NCBI GenBank assembly: GCA_964291415.2
Contig: OZ219917.1
Coordinates: forward strand, 520,610-584,609
Length of the DNA: 64,000 nt
Direction of reading: 5' to 3'
DNA from: Alphaproteobacteria bacterium
Lineage (GTDB): Bacteria > Pseudomonadota > Alphaproteobacteria > SP197
How positions within the stretch are numbered: position 1 is the stretch's first letter; each line of letters starts with the position of its first letter. Shown piece after piece: positions 29,626 through 40,113 of the stretch. The notes beneath the pieces are model-generated. The model did no database searches. It worked only from the letters and a program-made list of their open reading frames with translations, and was not told the origin of the DNA. The position numbers were made by a program, and so were the translations under genes.

Positions 29626-30656
29626 CGGATGACAGCATAACCAAGCCGGTGCCTTCTGCACCTGAACGCCTGGTCGAGGTCGAGAATCTGGTGAAGCAAT
29701 TCGGCCACCGCCGGTCTGGAACGCTTGTGCGTGCCGTCAACGGTGTCTCCTTCAGCGTTACGCGCGGCGCGGCACTCGGCCTGGTCGGCGAGAGCGGCAG
29801 CGGCAAGACCACGATTGGTCGCTGCATCCTCGGCCTGATACCGCCTACTTCGGGGCGTGTGCAGTACGGCAATGTCGATCTCGCCACCCTGACAGGCCGC
29901 AGGCTCCGGAAGTTTCGCCGACATATGCAGATGGTCTTCCAGAATCCCTATGACTCGCTCAATCCGAGATGGCGCATCCGGGACATCCTCGAAGAACCGC
30001 TCATCCTTTCCGGTGATATGGCGAAACCGGACCGGCATGTGCGAATCAGGAACCTCCTCGGCCTGGTGCGACTCGACGAAACATTCCTAGAGCGCTTTCC
30101 GCACCAGCTCTCTGGCGGTCAGCAGCAGCGGGTCGGTATCGCACGGGCGCTCGCCACCAGTCCTGACCTCGTGGTGCTGGACGAGCCGACCTCGGCGCTC
30201 GACACCGTGACCCGCGCCGAGATCCTCGATCTTCTCAACAACCTGCGCAACGAGCTGGGCCTCACCTACATCTTCATTTCACATGATCTCTCGGCGGTGC
30301 GGCGGGTCTGCGATTCGATCGTCGTCATGTATCTCGGGCGCATCGTCGAGGAGGCGCAGGCCTTGCGTCTCTTCGCATCTCCCCGGCATCCCTATTCGCG
30401 CTCCCTGCTGTCGTCGCTACTCGAGCCACGGATCGATGGACGCAGTCAAAGAGTAAGGCTGCGCGGCGATCCTCCAAGCTCGATCGACCGCACGCAAGGA
30501 TGCCCGCTCCATGCACGTTGCCCGGTCGCGCAGCCGGACTGCGCTCGGGAATCCCAGGATCTCGTCGACATTGAACCGGGTCGGCGCGTGGCTTGCATGC
30601 GGGTAAGCCGTGGCGAGCCAATAGACTGGCAGGGAGCGTTCGACCGCACACAATAG
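29622..30656 (+). CDS. ABC ATP-binding protein (DppF/OppF-like)
   Basis: Walker A GESGSGKTT, signature LSGGQQQR, Walker B LVVLDEPTSALD. The ATG overlaps the preceding stop (ATGA). Confidence 0.92.
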   Translation: MTDDSITKPVPSAPERLVEVENLVKQFGHRRSGTLVRAVNGVSFSVTRGAALGLVGESGSGKTTIGRCILGLIPPTSGRVQYGNVDLATLTGRRLRKFRRHMQMVFQNPYDSLNPRWRIRDILEEPLILSGDMAKPDRHVRIRNLLGLVRLDETFLERFPHQLSGGQQQRVGIARALATSPDLVVLDEPTSALDTVTRAEILDLLNNLRNELGLTYIFISHDLSAVRRVCDSIVVMYLGRIVEEAQALRLFASPRHPYSRSLLSSLLEPRIDGRSQRVRLRGDPPSSIDRTQGCPLHARCPVAQPDCARESQDLVDIEPGRRVACMRVSRGEPIDWQGAFDRTQ

Positions 30657-31251
30657 TTGTCCTGTAACTGCTCTCTCGTATTGGTTGTGGGCTGGGCGTT
30701 GTGCGATCGTGTTCCTGCCAGCGGAACAGATTGACTCGCCTCGGGTTTCGGCGTCGCGCCGCCTTCGCACTGACGCTGTTGGGGACGTGGTGATCGATGC
30801 GGTGAAGTGTGCCGAGATGGATGAGGAACACAAACCGCTCGAAAACCTCCTATTGTAACGACAGGACCATGGCGCTTTATGATCCGAAACGGAACCCGGT
30901 GATCCGCCACAATTGTCTGTGGATCTATGAGGCCGTTGCCGGTCCTGGTGGCTGGCGGCTCATCCTCGCATGTCCTGCTGCAGGCAATGTTCCCCACCTG
31001 TAGGGACGGGATGAGATCCCCACACGTCAAATGGGCCACCGGCCTCGATGAAGCGCCGGATTGGGTGATCGTATCGTAACGCACTATCGACAAATGGTGC
31101 AGTGACAGACTGCCTGCGTTGTCAAGCGTGTTCTTCTCGTTGTGTTCCGCCGGGAACGCTTGCCTGAACCAGTTTGTGTGAATGAGAGCCGCGCTGCGCA
31201 CCGATTGAGTTGTTGATGCCAACCGCAGTGCGGCGTAACGGATAATCATAC

Positions 31252-31283
31252 CCCTATTCCGCTATTCGCGAACGGGGATAGGG
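31252..31283 (-). terminator. hairpin about 110 nt downstream of tRNA-Ser (possible terminator)
   Basis: CCCTATTCC...GGGGATAGGG: 9-bp stem with one G-U pair. On the transcribed strand it is followed by GUAUGAUUAUC. Confidence 0.35.
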
Positions 31284-31393
31284 CAGCACCGATCGGAGCA
31301 GATGCAGATTTGGACGGCGGCGCCGGGCAAGCGTCGGGGATTTCCGGACGCTGACAAGCCGTTTCCTTTCGCCGGTACCCAGGGTCCTGGCGA

Positions 31394-31481
31394 TGGCGGA
31401 GGGGACGGGATTCGAACCCGTGAGGGCTTGCACCCAACACGCTTTCCAGGCGTGCGCCTTAGACCGCTCGGCCACCCCTCC
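31394..31481 (-). tRNA. tRNA-Ser (anticodon GGA), CCA encoded
   Basis: Reverse complement is GGAGGGGTGGCCGAGCGGTCTAAGGCGCACGCCTGGAAAGCGTG...GGGTTCGAATCCCGTCCCCTCCGCCA. It has a 7-bp acceptor stem, anticodon stem CACGC/GCGTG, loop CUGGAAA, a long variable arm and the T-loop GGTTCGAATCC. Confidence 0.95.
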
Positions 31482-31532
31482 GTCTCGGAGACGGCCGTGA
31501 ACCTAGCGACTGCGGCGGATGCGGACAAGCGT

Positions 31533-33335
31533 TCAGTCGGCGAGCTTGAGGGCGGCGAGGAAGGCGTCCTGGGGGATCTCGACATTGCCGAACTGGCGCA
31601 TCCGCTTCTTCCCCCTCTTCTGGCGGTCGAGCAGCTTGCGCTTGCGGCTGACGTCGCCGCCATAGCACTTGGCCAGCACATCCTTGCGCAGGGCCGAGAG
31701 TGTCTCGCGGGCGACGATCCTGCCGCCGATGGCGGCCTGGATCGGCACCTTGAAGAGTTGCCGCGGGATGGCGTCCTTCAGTTTCTCGCAGATCGCGCGG
31801 CCACGGGCTTCGGCCCGGCTGCGTTCGGCGATGAGGCTCAGACCGTCGACCTGCTCGCCGTTGACGAGGATGTCGATGCGCACGAGGTCGCCGGCGTGAT
31901 AGCCGTCGAGATGGTAATCGAAACTCGCATAGCCGCTGGATACGGACTTGAGACGGTCGTGAAAATCGAAGACGACCTCGGCGAGCGGCAGGCGGTAGAT
32001 CACCATCGCCCGGCCACCGGCATAGGTGAGGTCGACCTGTTCGCCACGTCTCGAGGTGACGAGGCGCAGCACCGAACCAAGATAGGTGTCGGGGACCATG
32101 ATGGTGGCCCGGATCCACGGTTCCTCGATGACTTCGATCTCGGTCGGATCGGGAAGATCCGCCGGGTTGTGGAGGTCGAAGGTCTCCCCTGTCTTCCGCG
32201 TCACCCGGTAGACGACACTGGGGGCGGTGGCCAGGAGATCGAGGCCAAACTCGCGCTCGAGCCTCTCCTGGATGATCTCGAGGTGCAGGACACCGAGAAA
32301 GCCGCAGCGGAACCCGAAACCCAGGGCGGCCGAGTTTTCGGGCTCGAAGTGGAAACTGGCGTCGTTGAGCCTGAGTTTGCCGAGACTCTCGCGCAATTCG
32401 TTGTAGTCGCCCGAATCGGTGGTGAAGAGACCGCAGAAGACAACCGGCACGCTCGGTGCGAAGCCTTCGAGCGCGGTGGCCGTGGGCCGGCGGTCATCGG
32501 TGATGGTGTCACCGATCCGGCACTCGGCGATATCCTTGATCGCCGCGGTGATGAAGCCGATTTCGCCCGGACCAAGGGAGTCAACGAGGACGGCCTTGGG
32601 CGTCATGATGCCCACCCGGTCGATTTCGCGCACCGCACCCGTCCCCAGCATCCTGATTCTCTGGCGCCTGGCGAGATGGCCGTCGAAGACTCGCACGAGG
32701 ATGACGACGCCCAGATAGGGATCGTACCAGGAATCCACCAGAAGCGCCTTGAGAGGCCGGTCCTCCCCCTGGCTCGCCGGCGGTGGCAGGCGGGCGATGA
32801 TGGCCCGGATCACCTCCGGCACATTGGTTCCGGCCTTGGCTGAGATGGGAACGGCGGCGCTGGCGTCTATGCCGATGGACTCCTCCACCTCGCGCCGGGT
32901 GCGTTCCGTATCGGCTGCCACCAGGTCGGTCTTGTTGATGACGGGGAGGATCTCGAGGTCCGCCTCGATCGCCAGGTACGCATTGGCAACCGTCTGTGCC
33001 TCGACCCCCTGTGTGGCATCGACGATGAGGATGGCGCCTTCGCAGGCCCGCATGCTGCGGCTGACCTCGTACGTGAAGTCGACATGACCCGGGGTATCGA
33101 TGAGATTGATGAGCCAGGAGTCGCCGTCGTCATCGTCCCAGGTAAGGCGGACCGTCTGGGCCTTGATGGTGATGCCGCGTTCCCTCTCGAGATCCATGGC
33201 ATCGAGAACCTGGCCGCGCATTTCCCGCTCGTCCAGGCCGCCGCAGACCTCGATCAGACGATCGGCCAGGGTCGACTTGCCATGATCGATGTGGGCGACA
33301 ATCGCGACATTCCGGATGTGATCGAGCTTCACCAT
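31533..33335 (-). CDS. lepA: elongation factor 4 (LepA)
   Basis: [39 protein letters not shown]; 600 aa. Confidence 0.97.
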   Translation of the reverse strand: MVKLDHIRNVAIVAHIDHGKSTLADRLIEVCGGLDEREMRGQVLDAMDLERERGITIKAQTVRLTWDDDDGDSWLINLIDTPGHVDFTYEVSRSMRACEGAILIVDATQGVEAQTVANAYLAIEADLEILPVINKTDLVAADTERTRREVEESIGIDASAAVPISAKAGTNVPEVIRAIIARLPPPASQGEDRPLKALLVDSWYDPYLGVVILVRVFDGHLARRQRIRMLGTGAVREIDRVGIMTPKAVLVDSLGPGEIGFITAAIKDIAECRIGDTITDDRRPTATALEGFAPSVPVVFCGLFTTDSGDYNELRESLGKLRLNDASFHFEPENSAALGFGFRCGFLGVLHLEIIQERLEREFGLDLLATAPSVVYRVTRKTGETFDLHNPADLPDPTEIEVIEEPWIRATIMVPDTYLGSVLRLVTSRRGEQVDLTYAGGRAMVIYRLPLAEVVFDFHDRLKSVSSGYASFDYHLDGYHAGDLVRIDILVNGEQVDGLSLIAERSRAEARGRAICEKLKDAIPRQLFKVPIQAAIGGRIVARETLSALRKDVLAKCYGGDVSRKRKLLDRQKRGKKRMRQFGNVEIPQDAFLAALKLAD

Positions 33336-33338
33336 GGG

Positions 33339-35738
33339 TCATTGCGCACGCAGGGTCCCGCCGGTGCGCTTGCGTACGGCCTCGACGATGCGTCCGGAGA
33401 GGGCCTCGATCTCGTTCTCGGTCAGGCTTGCCTCTTCGGGCTGGAAGGTCACGGCTACGGCCAGCGAGACCTTGCCGTCGGCAATTCCGGACCCGGTATA
33501 GCGATCGAAGACCTCCACGTCCTGGATGAGGGTCCTCGCCGTGCCGGCGATGGCGCGCAGCACCCGGGAGGCAGGCACGTCCGAATCGACAAGGAAGGCG
33601 AAGTCGCGGCGCACCGGCTGGAAACGCGACAGGCGGAGGTCCGGACGCGCCGGCGACCGGGTTCGCGGTCGGGGCAGTGCCTCGAGATGGAGTTCGAAGA
33701 CAACGGCAGGGCCGGCAACGTCGAGGGAACGGAGAATCTCCGGATGCACCTCGCCGAAGGAAGCAAGGGCATTGGGTCCGAGTCTGAGGACCCCTGAACG
33801 CCCGGGGTGAAACCACGTCTCGGCGTCGGCTGTCGTGTCGAGTCGAACGGTCGGGACGCCCATCGCGTCAAGAATCGCCACGGCATCGGCCTTGGCATCG
33901 AAAGCGTCGACATCCCGGTCGCCACCGCACCAGTGTCGTGGTCCGGTGCGCCCTGTTCTCAGTCCGGCGATGGCCGTCTTCTGGTCCCGGATGTCATGGT
34001 AGACGGGGCCGATCTCGAAGAGGGCGGGATCCCGCAACCCTCTCGCCTGGTTGCGCGCCGCCGCCTCGAGGAGGCCGGGGATCAGGGAGGGACGCATCGC
34101 CGACATGTCCGAAGAGATCGGATTGACCAGTTCCAGTCCGTCATTGCCGCCGCCAAACATGCGGGCCCTGGCCGAGGCGATGAAGGAGTAGGTGACCGCT
34201 TCGTCGAGACCTTTCGCCGCGAGGATCCGACGGGCCCGGCGCAGTCTCTTCTGCCCGGACGAGAGGGCATCGCGCGGGATGCCGCCGGACCGCGGCAGCG
34301 TGGCCATCGGGATCTCGTCGAATCCGTGAATGCGCAGGATCTCCTCGATGACGTCCGGTTCGCACTCCATGTCATGACGCCATGACGGCACGGTGACGGA
34401 CCAGGCATCCTGGCCTGCCGCGCGGACCGCAAAGCCGAGGTCGTCGAGTATGGATGAGGCGCGGTCTTCCGGAATGTCGATGCCTCCCAGCGAACGGACC
34501 CGCGACGGGCGCACGTCCATCACCTGGCGTGCCACCGGAACCGAACCTGCGGTCACAACGTGACTCGCCTCGCCGCCGCAGATCTCCAGGATCAGGCGGG
34601 TCGCGATCTCCATGCTCGCGGGCGCGAAGGCATCGTCGATGCCCCGCTCGAAGCGCTGGCGGGCATCGCTCACCAGGTTGAGCTTGCGGCCGGTGGCCGC
34701 CGTGCGCAGCGGATCGAAGAGGGCGATCTCGAGAAAGCCCTCGCTTGTCGTTTCGTCGGCCCCGGTTCCCGTGCCGCCGATGACACCGCCGAGTCCCAGC
34801 ATCCCGGACGAATCGAAGATGACGGTCATCTCGTCATCAGGCTCGTATACCTTGCCGTCGAGGGCCTCGAAGCTCTCGCCCGGGCGTGCCAGCCTCGCAC
34901 CGATCGGTCCGTTGACCTTGCGGGCATCGTAGATGTGCGCCGGGCGTCCGATATCCAGCGTGAGCCAGTTGGTGATGTCGACGAGCGCGGTGATGGGACG
35001 CAGGCCGACGGCTTCGAGTTTCCGGCGCATCCAATCCGGACTCGGACCGTTCGCGAGCCCCCGGAAGTGGCGGCCCAGGAAGGCCGGACAGGCGTCCTCA
35101 ATGCCGGGTGCGAAGTCGAGTTCGATGGCAAGGGGGCTGTCATAGGTTCCCGGACAAGGTGCCGTGTCGAGGGGCAGGAGTTTCCCGAGACCGGCTGCGG
35201 CGAGATCCCGGGCGATGCCGCGCACGCCGAAGCAATCGCCCCTGTCGGGGGTCACGGAAAGATCGATGACGGGATCGTCGAGGCCGGCGACGGCGGCAAA
35301 GGAGGTTCCGACCGGTGTCTCAACGGGCAACTCGATGATCCCCTCGTGTTCGTCGGAAAGGCCCAGTTCGCGCTCCGAACAGAGCATGCCGCGACTCTCG
35401 ACGCCCCTGATCACGGTGTTCTTGAGGTCGAGACCGGTTCCCGGGATGTGGCTGCCGGACGGCGCGAAGACACCCACCATGCCGGCCCGCGCGTTGGGTG
35501 CGCCGCAGACCACCTGGATTTGCGCATCCGCCGTTTCGACCAGGCACACCCGAAGCCTCTCGGCGTCGGGATGGGGTTCTGCGGACACCACGCGCCCGGC
35601 CGTGAAGGGAGCGAGTTCAGGTGAACGGTCCTCGACCCCTTCGACCTCGAGGCCGATGCGGTTGAGCGTTGCGACAATCTCGTCGAGCGAAGCGCTCGTT
35701 TCGAGATGCCGTTTCAGCCATGCGAGCGTCAGTTTCAT
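33339..35738 (-). CDS. pheT: phenylalanine--tRNA ligase beta subunit
   Basis: 799 aa. N-terminus MKLTLAWLKRHLETSASLDEI and the tRNA-binding domain VVCGAPNARAG. Confidence 0.96.
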   Translation of the reverse strand: MKLTLAWLKRHLETSASLDEIVATLNRIGLEVEGVEDRSPELAPFTAGRVVSAEPHPDAERLRVCLVETADAQIQVVCGAPNARAGMVGVFAPSGSHIPGTGLDLKNTVIRGVESRGMLCSERELGLSDEHEGIIELPVETPVGTSFAAVAGLDDPVIDLSVTPDRGDCFGVRGIARDLAAAGLGKLLPLDTAPCPGTYDSPLAIELDFAPGIEDACPAFLGRHFRGLANGPSPDWMRRKLEAVGLRPITALVDITNWLTLDIGRPAHIYDARKVNGPIGARLARPGESFEALDGKVYEPDDEMTVIFDSSGMLGLGGVIGGTGTGADETTSEGFLEIALFDPLRTAATGRKLNLVSDARQRFERGIDDAFAPASMEIATRLILEICGGEASHVVTAGSVPVARQVMDVRPSRVRSLGGIDIPEDRASSILDDLGFAVRAAGQDAWSVTVPSWRHDMECEPDVIEEILRIHGFDEIPMATLPRSGGIPRDALSSGQKRLRRARRILAAKGLDEAVTYSFIASARARMFGGGNDGLELVNPISSDMSAMRPSLIPGLLEAAARNQARGLRDPALFEIGPVYHDIRDQKTAIAGLRTGRTGPRHWCGGDRDVDAFDAKADAVAILDAMGVPTVRLDTTADAETWFHPGRSGVLRLGPNALASFGEVHPEILRSLDVAGPAVVFELHLEALPRPRTRSPARPDLRLSRFQPVRRDFAFLVDSDVPASRVLRAIAGTARTLIQDVEVFDRYTGSGIADGKVSLAVAVTFQPEEASLTENEIEALSGRIVEAVRKRTGGTLRAQ

Positions 35739-35769
35739 GGTGCAGGCAGCGTCAGGTAGAGCGTGGCGG

Positions 35770-36849
35770 TCATGGCGTCAGTCCGCCATAGAGGGTGGGC
35801 ACGTCGAGCGGCCTGAATCCGTAGTGACGCAGCCAGCGCAGATCGGCATCGAAGAAACCGCGCAGATCCGGAATGGCGTACTTCAGCATGGCGAGGCGGT
35901 CGATTCCGAGACCAAAGGCGAAGCCCTGCCACGCCTCCGGGTCCACGCCGCCGTTGGCGAGCACACGGGGATGCACCATGCCGCTTCCGAGAATCTCCAT
36001 CCAGCCTGCGCCTTCGCCAATGGTGAGTCGGTCGCCGGAGAAGGAACAGCCGATGTCCACCTCCATGGACGGAGACGTGAAGGGAAAATAGCTCGGCCGG
36101 AAGCGCATCGGCACATCATCGACGCCGAAGAAGGCCTCGACAAACTGACGCAGACAGCCCTTGAGATGACCCATGTGAATGGCCCGCTCGATCACCAGGC
36201 CCTCGACCTGGTGGAACATGGGCGTGTGGGTGAGATCGCTGTCGCTTCTGTAGGTGCGGCCCGGAGCGATGATACGGATGGGTGGCGCGTTCTCCAGCAT
36301 GTGGCGGATCTGCACCGGAGAGGTGTGGGTGCGCAGCACGGGCCGGGCTCCGTCGTCGACAGGCGGCAGGTAGAAAGTGTCGTGCTCCTGGCGCGCCGGA
36401 TGTTCCTCCGGAATGTTGAGGGCGGTGAAATTGAACCAGTCGTCCTCGATGTCGGGACCCTCGGCCACCGTGAAACCCATGTCGGCAAGGATGGCGATGA
36501 TTTCGTCGGTTGCCTGGCTGACGGGGTGCACCGTGCCGTCGGATGCGGGTCGTTCCGGGAGTGTGACATCGATGCGTTCGGCCTCGAGACGGGCTTCGAG
36601 GCGCGCGCGGTCGAGTTCCTCCCGGCGCCGGTCGATGGCGGACTGAAGGTCGTTCTTTGCGGTATTCAGCTCCTGACCGGCCTGGCGCCTCGCTTGCGGA
36701 TCCAGGGCGCCAAGTCCCTTCATCAGGAGCGTGACCGAGCCCTTGCGTCCCAGTGCGGCGACACGGATGGCATCAAGTCGGGCGGTGTCCCCGGCACCGG
36801 CTATGGCGTCGAGGGTGTCGTTGAGAATGGTGGCGATGCGGTCGTTCAT
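35770..36849 (-). CDS. pheS: phenylalanine--tRNA ligase alpha subunit
   Basis: 359 aa with class-II motifs ([30 protein letters not shown]). Confidence 0.96.
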   Translation of the reverse strand: MNDRIATILNDTLDAIAGAGDTARLDAIRVAALGRKGSVTLLMKGLGALDPQARRQAGQELNTAKNDLQSAIDRRREELDRARLEARLEAERIDVTLPERPASDGTVHPVSQATDEIIAILADMGFTVAEGPDIEDDWFNFTALNIPEEHPARQEHDTFYLPPVDDGARPVLRTHTSPVQIRHMLENAPPIRIIAPGRTYRSDSDLTHTPMFHQVEGLVIERAIHMGHLKGCLRQFVEAFFGVDDVPMRFRPSYFPFTSPSMEVDIGCSFSGDRLTIGEGAGWMEILGSGMVHPRVLANGGVDPEAWQGFAFGLGIDRLAMLKYAIPDLRGFFDADLRWLRHYGFRPLDVPTLYGGLTP

Positions 36850-36870
36850 GAGAGGGGTCCAAACAGCACA

Positions 36871-36894
36871 AAGGGGCCTCGGAGGAGGCCCCTT
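36871..36894 (-). terminator. hairpin between rplT and pheS (terminator or attenuator candidate)
   Basis: AAGGGGCC-8 nt-GGCCCCTT, a perfect 8-bp stem. On the transcribed strand it is followed by UGUGCUGUUUGG. It lies 22 nt upstream of the pheS ATG. Confidence 0.45.
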
Positions 36895-36931
36895 CGCCGG
36901 TCAGGTTCTGGTCCGTCAGTCTGTCTGTCGA

Positions 36932-37297
36932 TCAGGCAGCGCTGGAGACCGCCGAGCGGGCCTCGTCACACAACTTGCTAAACGATGCGGGTTCCCGTGC
37001 CGCAAGGTCGGCCAGGATCTTGCGGTCAAGGTCGACTCCGGCAAGCTTGAGACCGTGCATGAATTGCCCGTAGGTGAGGCCGTGCTGCCTCGCTCCCGCG
37101 TTGATGCGCTGGATCCACAGGCGGCGGAAATCGCGCTTGCGCGTGCGGCGGTCACGATAGGCGTACTGCAGGCCCTTCTCGAGACGCATCAGGGCCACGG
37201 AATAGCAGCTGTTGGCGCGACCCCGGTACCCCCTGGTCTGCTTGAGAACTTTCTTGTGACGTGCGTGGGACGTCGTCCCGCGTTTGACTCTGGCCAT
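36932..37297 (-). CDS. rplT: 50S ribosomal protein L20
   Basis: [26 protein letters not shown]... Confidence 0.97.
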   Translation of the reverse strand: MARVKRGTTSHARHKKVLKQTRGYRGRANSCYSVALMRLEKGLQYAYRDRRTRKRDFRRLWIQRINAGARQHGLTYGQFMHGLKLAGVDLDRKILADLAAREPASFSKLCDEARSAVSSAA

Positions 37298-37324
37298 CGT
37301 TCAACGTGTCCGGTCTGGTGTGTG

Positions 37325-37522
37325 TCAGCCGCCGGCCAGCAGACGGCGGATCATCTTCCCGTCTGCCGGGCTTACCCCCGTCGTGCCGCGCGTGGTCCTC
37401 AGGAACCTCTTCGTCCGGCGGCGCATGAAGTGGCGCTTGCCGGCAAAGTTGCGGCGCAACTTGCCGCTTCCGGTCGTCGAGAACCGCTTCTTCACCGAAC
37501 TTTTGGACTTGAGCTTCGGCAT
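37325..37522 (-). CDS. rpmI: 50S ribosomal protein L35
   Basis: MPKLKSKSSVKKRFSTTGSGKLRRNFAGKRHFM...; internal ATG at 37522 of ORF 37325-37600. Confidence 0.95.
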   Translation of the reverse strand: MPKLKSKSSVKKRFSTTGSGKLRRNFAGKRHFMRRRTKRFLRTTRGTTGVSPADGKMIRRLLAGG

Positions 37523-37606
37523 CGCACCAATCCGGTCTCCGTCAGGGAATGACCCCACTGAGGGGAACGCCGTCATACTCTCTTGCCCGGGGTAATTCAA
37601 GGGGCG

Positions 37607-38125
37607 CTACTTCGGCGCCATCACCATGATCATCTGGCGCCCTTCCATGCGCGGCATCATTTCGATCTTGGCGAGTTCCTGCGCCTCGTCCCGGATGCGC
37701 TCGAGAAGGTTCCTGCCGATCTCCGGATGGGCGAGTTCGCGGCCGCGGAAACGGATGGTGACCTTCACCTTGTCCCCGTCACCGATGAACCGGGCAAGGG
37801 CGCGCATCTTCACGCCGTAGTCGTGATCATCGATGTTGGGGCGCATCTTGATTTCCTTGACGTCGAAGGTCTTCTGGCGCTTGCGCGCCTCATTGGCCTT
37901 CTTTTGCGCCTCGTACTTGTACTTCCCGTAATCAAGCAGCTTGCAGACCGGCGGATCGGCGTTGGGAGACACCTCGACGAGATCGAGGCCGGAATCCTCT
38001 GCGGCTCTCAGTGCTGCCTGGAGAGTGACGACACCCACCTGCGCTCCGTCGGCTGAAATGAGCCGGACGCTGGGCGCCATGATGTCCTCGTTGGCCCGCG
38101 GTCCCGACTTGACAGGCGGGGCCAT
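37607..38125 (-). CDS. infC: translation initiation factor IF-3
   Basis: [24 protein letters not shown] ... [13 protein letters not shown]. The true start may be a non-canonical codon. Confidence 0.93.
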   Translation of the reverse strand: MAPPVKSGPRANEDIMAPSVRLISADGAQVGVVTLQAALRAAEDSGLDLVEVSPNADPPVCKLLDYGKYKYEAQKKANEARKRQKTFDVKEIKMRPNIDDHDYGVKMRALARFIGDGDKVKVTIRFRGRELAHPEIGRNLLERIRDEAQELAKIEMMPRMEGRQMIMVMAPK

Positions 38126-38166
38126 GTTTTGTCCGTAGCGTGCTATGTAACCAACTCCTCGCGTTA

Positions 38167-40113
38167 TCAGGTCTTTCGGGCAAGATCCGGCGGAACGGAT
38201 TGTGCGCCGAGTGTATGGATGGCGGCGTCAAGATCAAGGACTTGCTGCTCCTTGCTGCCGAGTCGGCGCAGCGAAACCTTGCGTTCCTCCTTCTCGCGCC
38301 GACCGAGGGCAAGGAGCACCGGCACCTTCGATACCGAATGCCGCCGTACCTTGTAGCCGATCTTCTCTGATCCGGTATCGATGACGCCGGCGAGTCCGGC
38401 GGCCGCGAGGCGTGAGTGCACCTCTTCGGCATAGTCATCGGCATCGTTGGTGATGGTCGCCACGGCATACTGGACCGGCGCCAGCCACAGCGGGAAGTTC
38501 CCGGCGTAGTGTTCGATCAGGATGGCGATGAAGCGCTCGAACGAGCCGAGTATCGCGCGATGCAGCAACACCGGGCGGCGCCGTTCGCCATTCTCCGCGA
38601 CATAGGTGGCATTGAGCCGTTCGGGCAGGACAAAATCCACCTGCAGGGTGCCGCACTGCCAGTCACGGCCGATGGCATCACGCAGATGGAACTCCAGCTT
38701 CGGACCATAGAAGGCACCCTCACCCGGATTGTAGGACATCTCCAGTCCCGTGCCTGATGCCGCCTCGCGGAGCGCCTCTTCCGCCTGATCCCATACGGCA
38801 TCGTCGCCGGCGCGCACCGCCGGGCGGTCGGCGAACCGGACCGAAAACTCGGCAAATCCGAGATCACGGTAGACCGATTCCAGCAGCTCGCAGAAACGGA
38901 CGGTCTCGGAGGCGACCTCTTCCTCCGTGCAGAAGATATGCGCATCGTCCTGGGTGAAGGAGCGGACGCGCAACAGTCCATGGAGGGCGCCGGAAGGTTC
39001 GTAGCGCAGGCAGGAGCCGAACTCGGCCATGCGCAGCGGCAGGTCACGGTAGCTCCTCACTCCCTGGCGGAAGATCTGCACGTGACAGGGGCAGTTCATC
39101 GGCTTCATGGCCCAGATGCGTTCGTCTTCCGTGGTCGCCGTGAACATGTTTTCGCGGAACTTTTCCCAGTGACCGGAATCCTCCCACAATGACCGCGCCA
39201 CCATCTGCGGCGTGTTGACTTCCTGGTAGCCGGCGTCCTCGAGACGACGGCGCATGTAGTCCTGGAGGGTACGGTAGAGGCGCCAGCCGGAGGCATGCCA
39301 GAAGGCCGAGCCGACAGCCTCGTCCTGGAAATGAAAGAGATCCATCTCGCGCCCGAGACGCCGGTGGTCGCGCCTCGCGGCCTCCTCGAGGCGGTCCAGC
39401 CAGGCCTTCAGCTGCGCCTTGTCGGGCCAGGCCGTGCCGTAGATGCGTTGCAGCATCGCATTGCGGCTGTCGCCCCTCCAGTAGGCTCCGGCGAGGCGCG
39501 TGAGACGAAAGGCCTTCGGCAGTCTTCCCGTGGACGGAAGGTGCGGCCCCCGGCACAGGTCGATCCAGTCGCCCTGCCGGTAGAGCGTGATGGTCTCGTC
39601 GACAGGAAGGTCGCGGATGATTTCCGCCTTGTAGGCCTCGCCGATGGACTCGAAGAAGCGCGCCGCCTCGTCGCGGTCCCAGACTTCGCGGCTGATCGGT
39701 TCATCGCGGTCAACGATTTCCATCATCCGGGCCTCGATGGCCTCCATGTCTGCGGGCGTGAACGGTTCGTCGCGGGCGAAGTCGTAGTAGAATCCGTCGT
39801 CTATCACCGGTCCGATCGTCACCTGGACCTCGGGAAAGAGTTCCTTCGCCGCCTGTGCCAGCACATGGGCGGCATCGTGGCGCAGCAGTTCGAGGGCCTC
39901 CGCCGACCTTGATGTCACGATCTCGACGACTGCATCGTGCTCGATTTCCCTGCCAAGGTCGCGCAGGTCACCGTCGACCTTCACCGCCCAGGCAGCCCGC
40001 GCCAGACCGTGGCCGATGGATGCCGCCACGTCCGCACCGGTAACCGGAGAGGCGTACGTGCGGCTGGAACCGTCAGGCAGCGTGACGTCGATGGTTCCCG
40101 GGCTGATGTTCAT
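38167..40113 (-). CDS. thrS: threonine--tRNA ligase
   Basis: TGS start [13 protein letters not shown] plus class-II core and anticodon domain. The ORF extends to 40527 but its N-terminus is Arg-rich junk. ATG 40113 forms ATGA with the upstream GT9 stop; the alternative is ATG 40146. Confidence 0.93.
   Translation of the reverse strand: MNISPGTIDVTLPDGSSRTYASPVTGADVAASIGHGLARAAWAVKVDGDLRDLGREIEHDAVVEIVTSRSAEALELLRHDAAHVLAQAAKELFPEVQVTIGPVIDDGFYYDFARDEPFTPADMEAIEARMMEIVDRDEPISREVWDRDEAARFFESIGEAYKAEIIRDLPVDETITLYRQGDWIDLCRGPHLPSTGRLPKAFRLTRLAGAYWRGDSRNAMLQRIYGTAWPDKAQLKAWLDRLEEAARRDHRRLGREMDLFHFQDEAVGSAFWHASGWRLYRTLQDYMRRRLEDAGYQEVNTPQMVARSLWEDSGHWEKFRENMFTATTEDERIWAMKPMNCPCHVQIFRQGVRSYRDLPLRMAEFGSCLRYEPSGALHGLLRVRSFTQDDAHIFCTEEEVASETVRFCELLESVYRDLGFAEFSVRFADRPAVRAGDDAVWDQAEEALREAASGTGLEMSYNPGEGAFYGPKLEFHLRDAIGRDWQCGTLQVDFVLPERLNATYVAENGERRRPVLLHRAILGSFERFIAILIEHYAGNFPLWLAPVQYAVATITNDADDYAEEVHSRLAAAGLAGVIDTGSEKIGYKVRRHSVSKVPVLLALGRREKEERKVSLRRLGSKEQQVLDLDAAIHTLGAQSVPPDLARKT

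Noticed and set aside
31004-31020. GGGACGGGATGAGATCC, resembling the tRNA-Ser T-arm and 3' segment (possible att remnant).
   Set aside because: Only 14 of 17 positions match, there is no integrase nearby, and I could not scan the whole window exhaustively by eye. It could be chance in GC-rich DNA.
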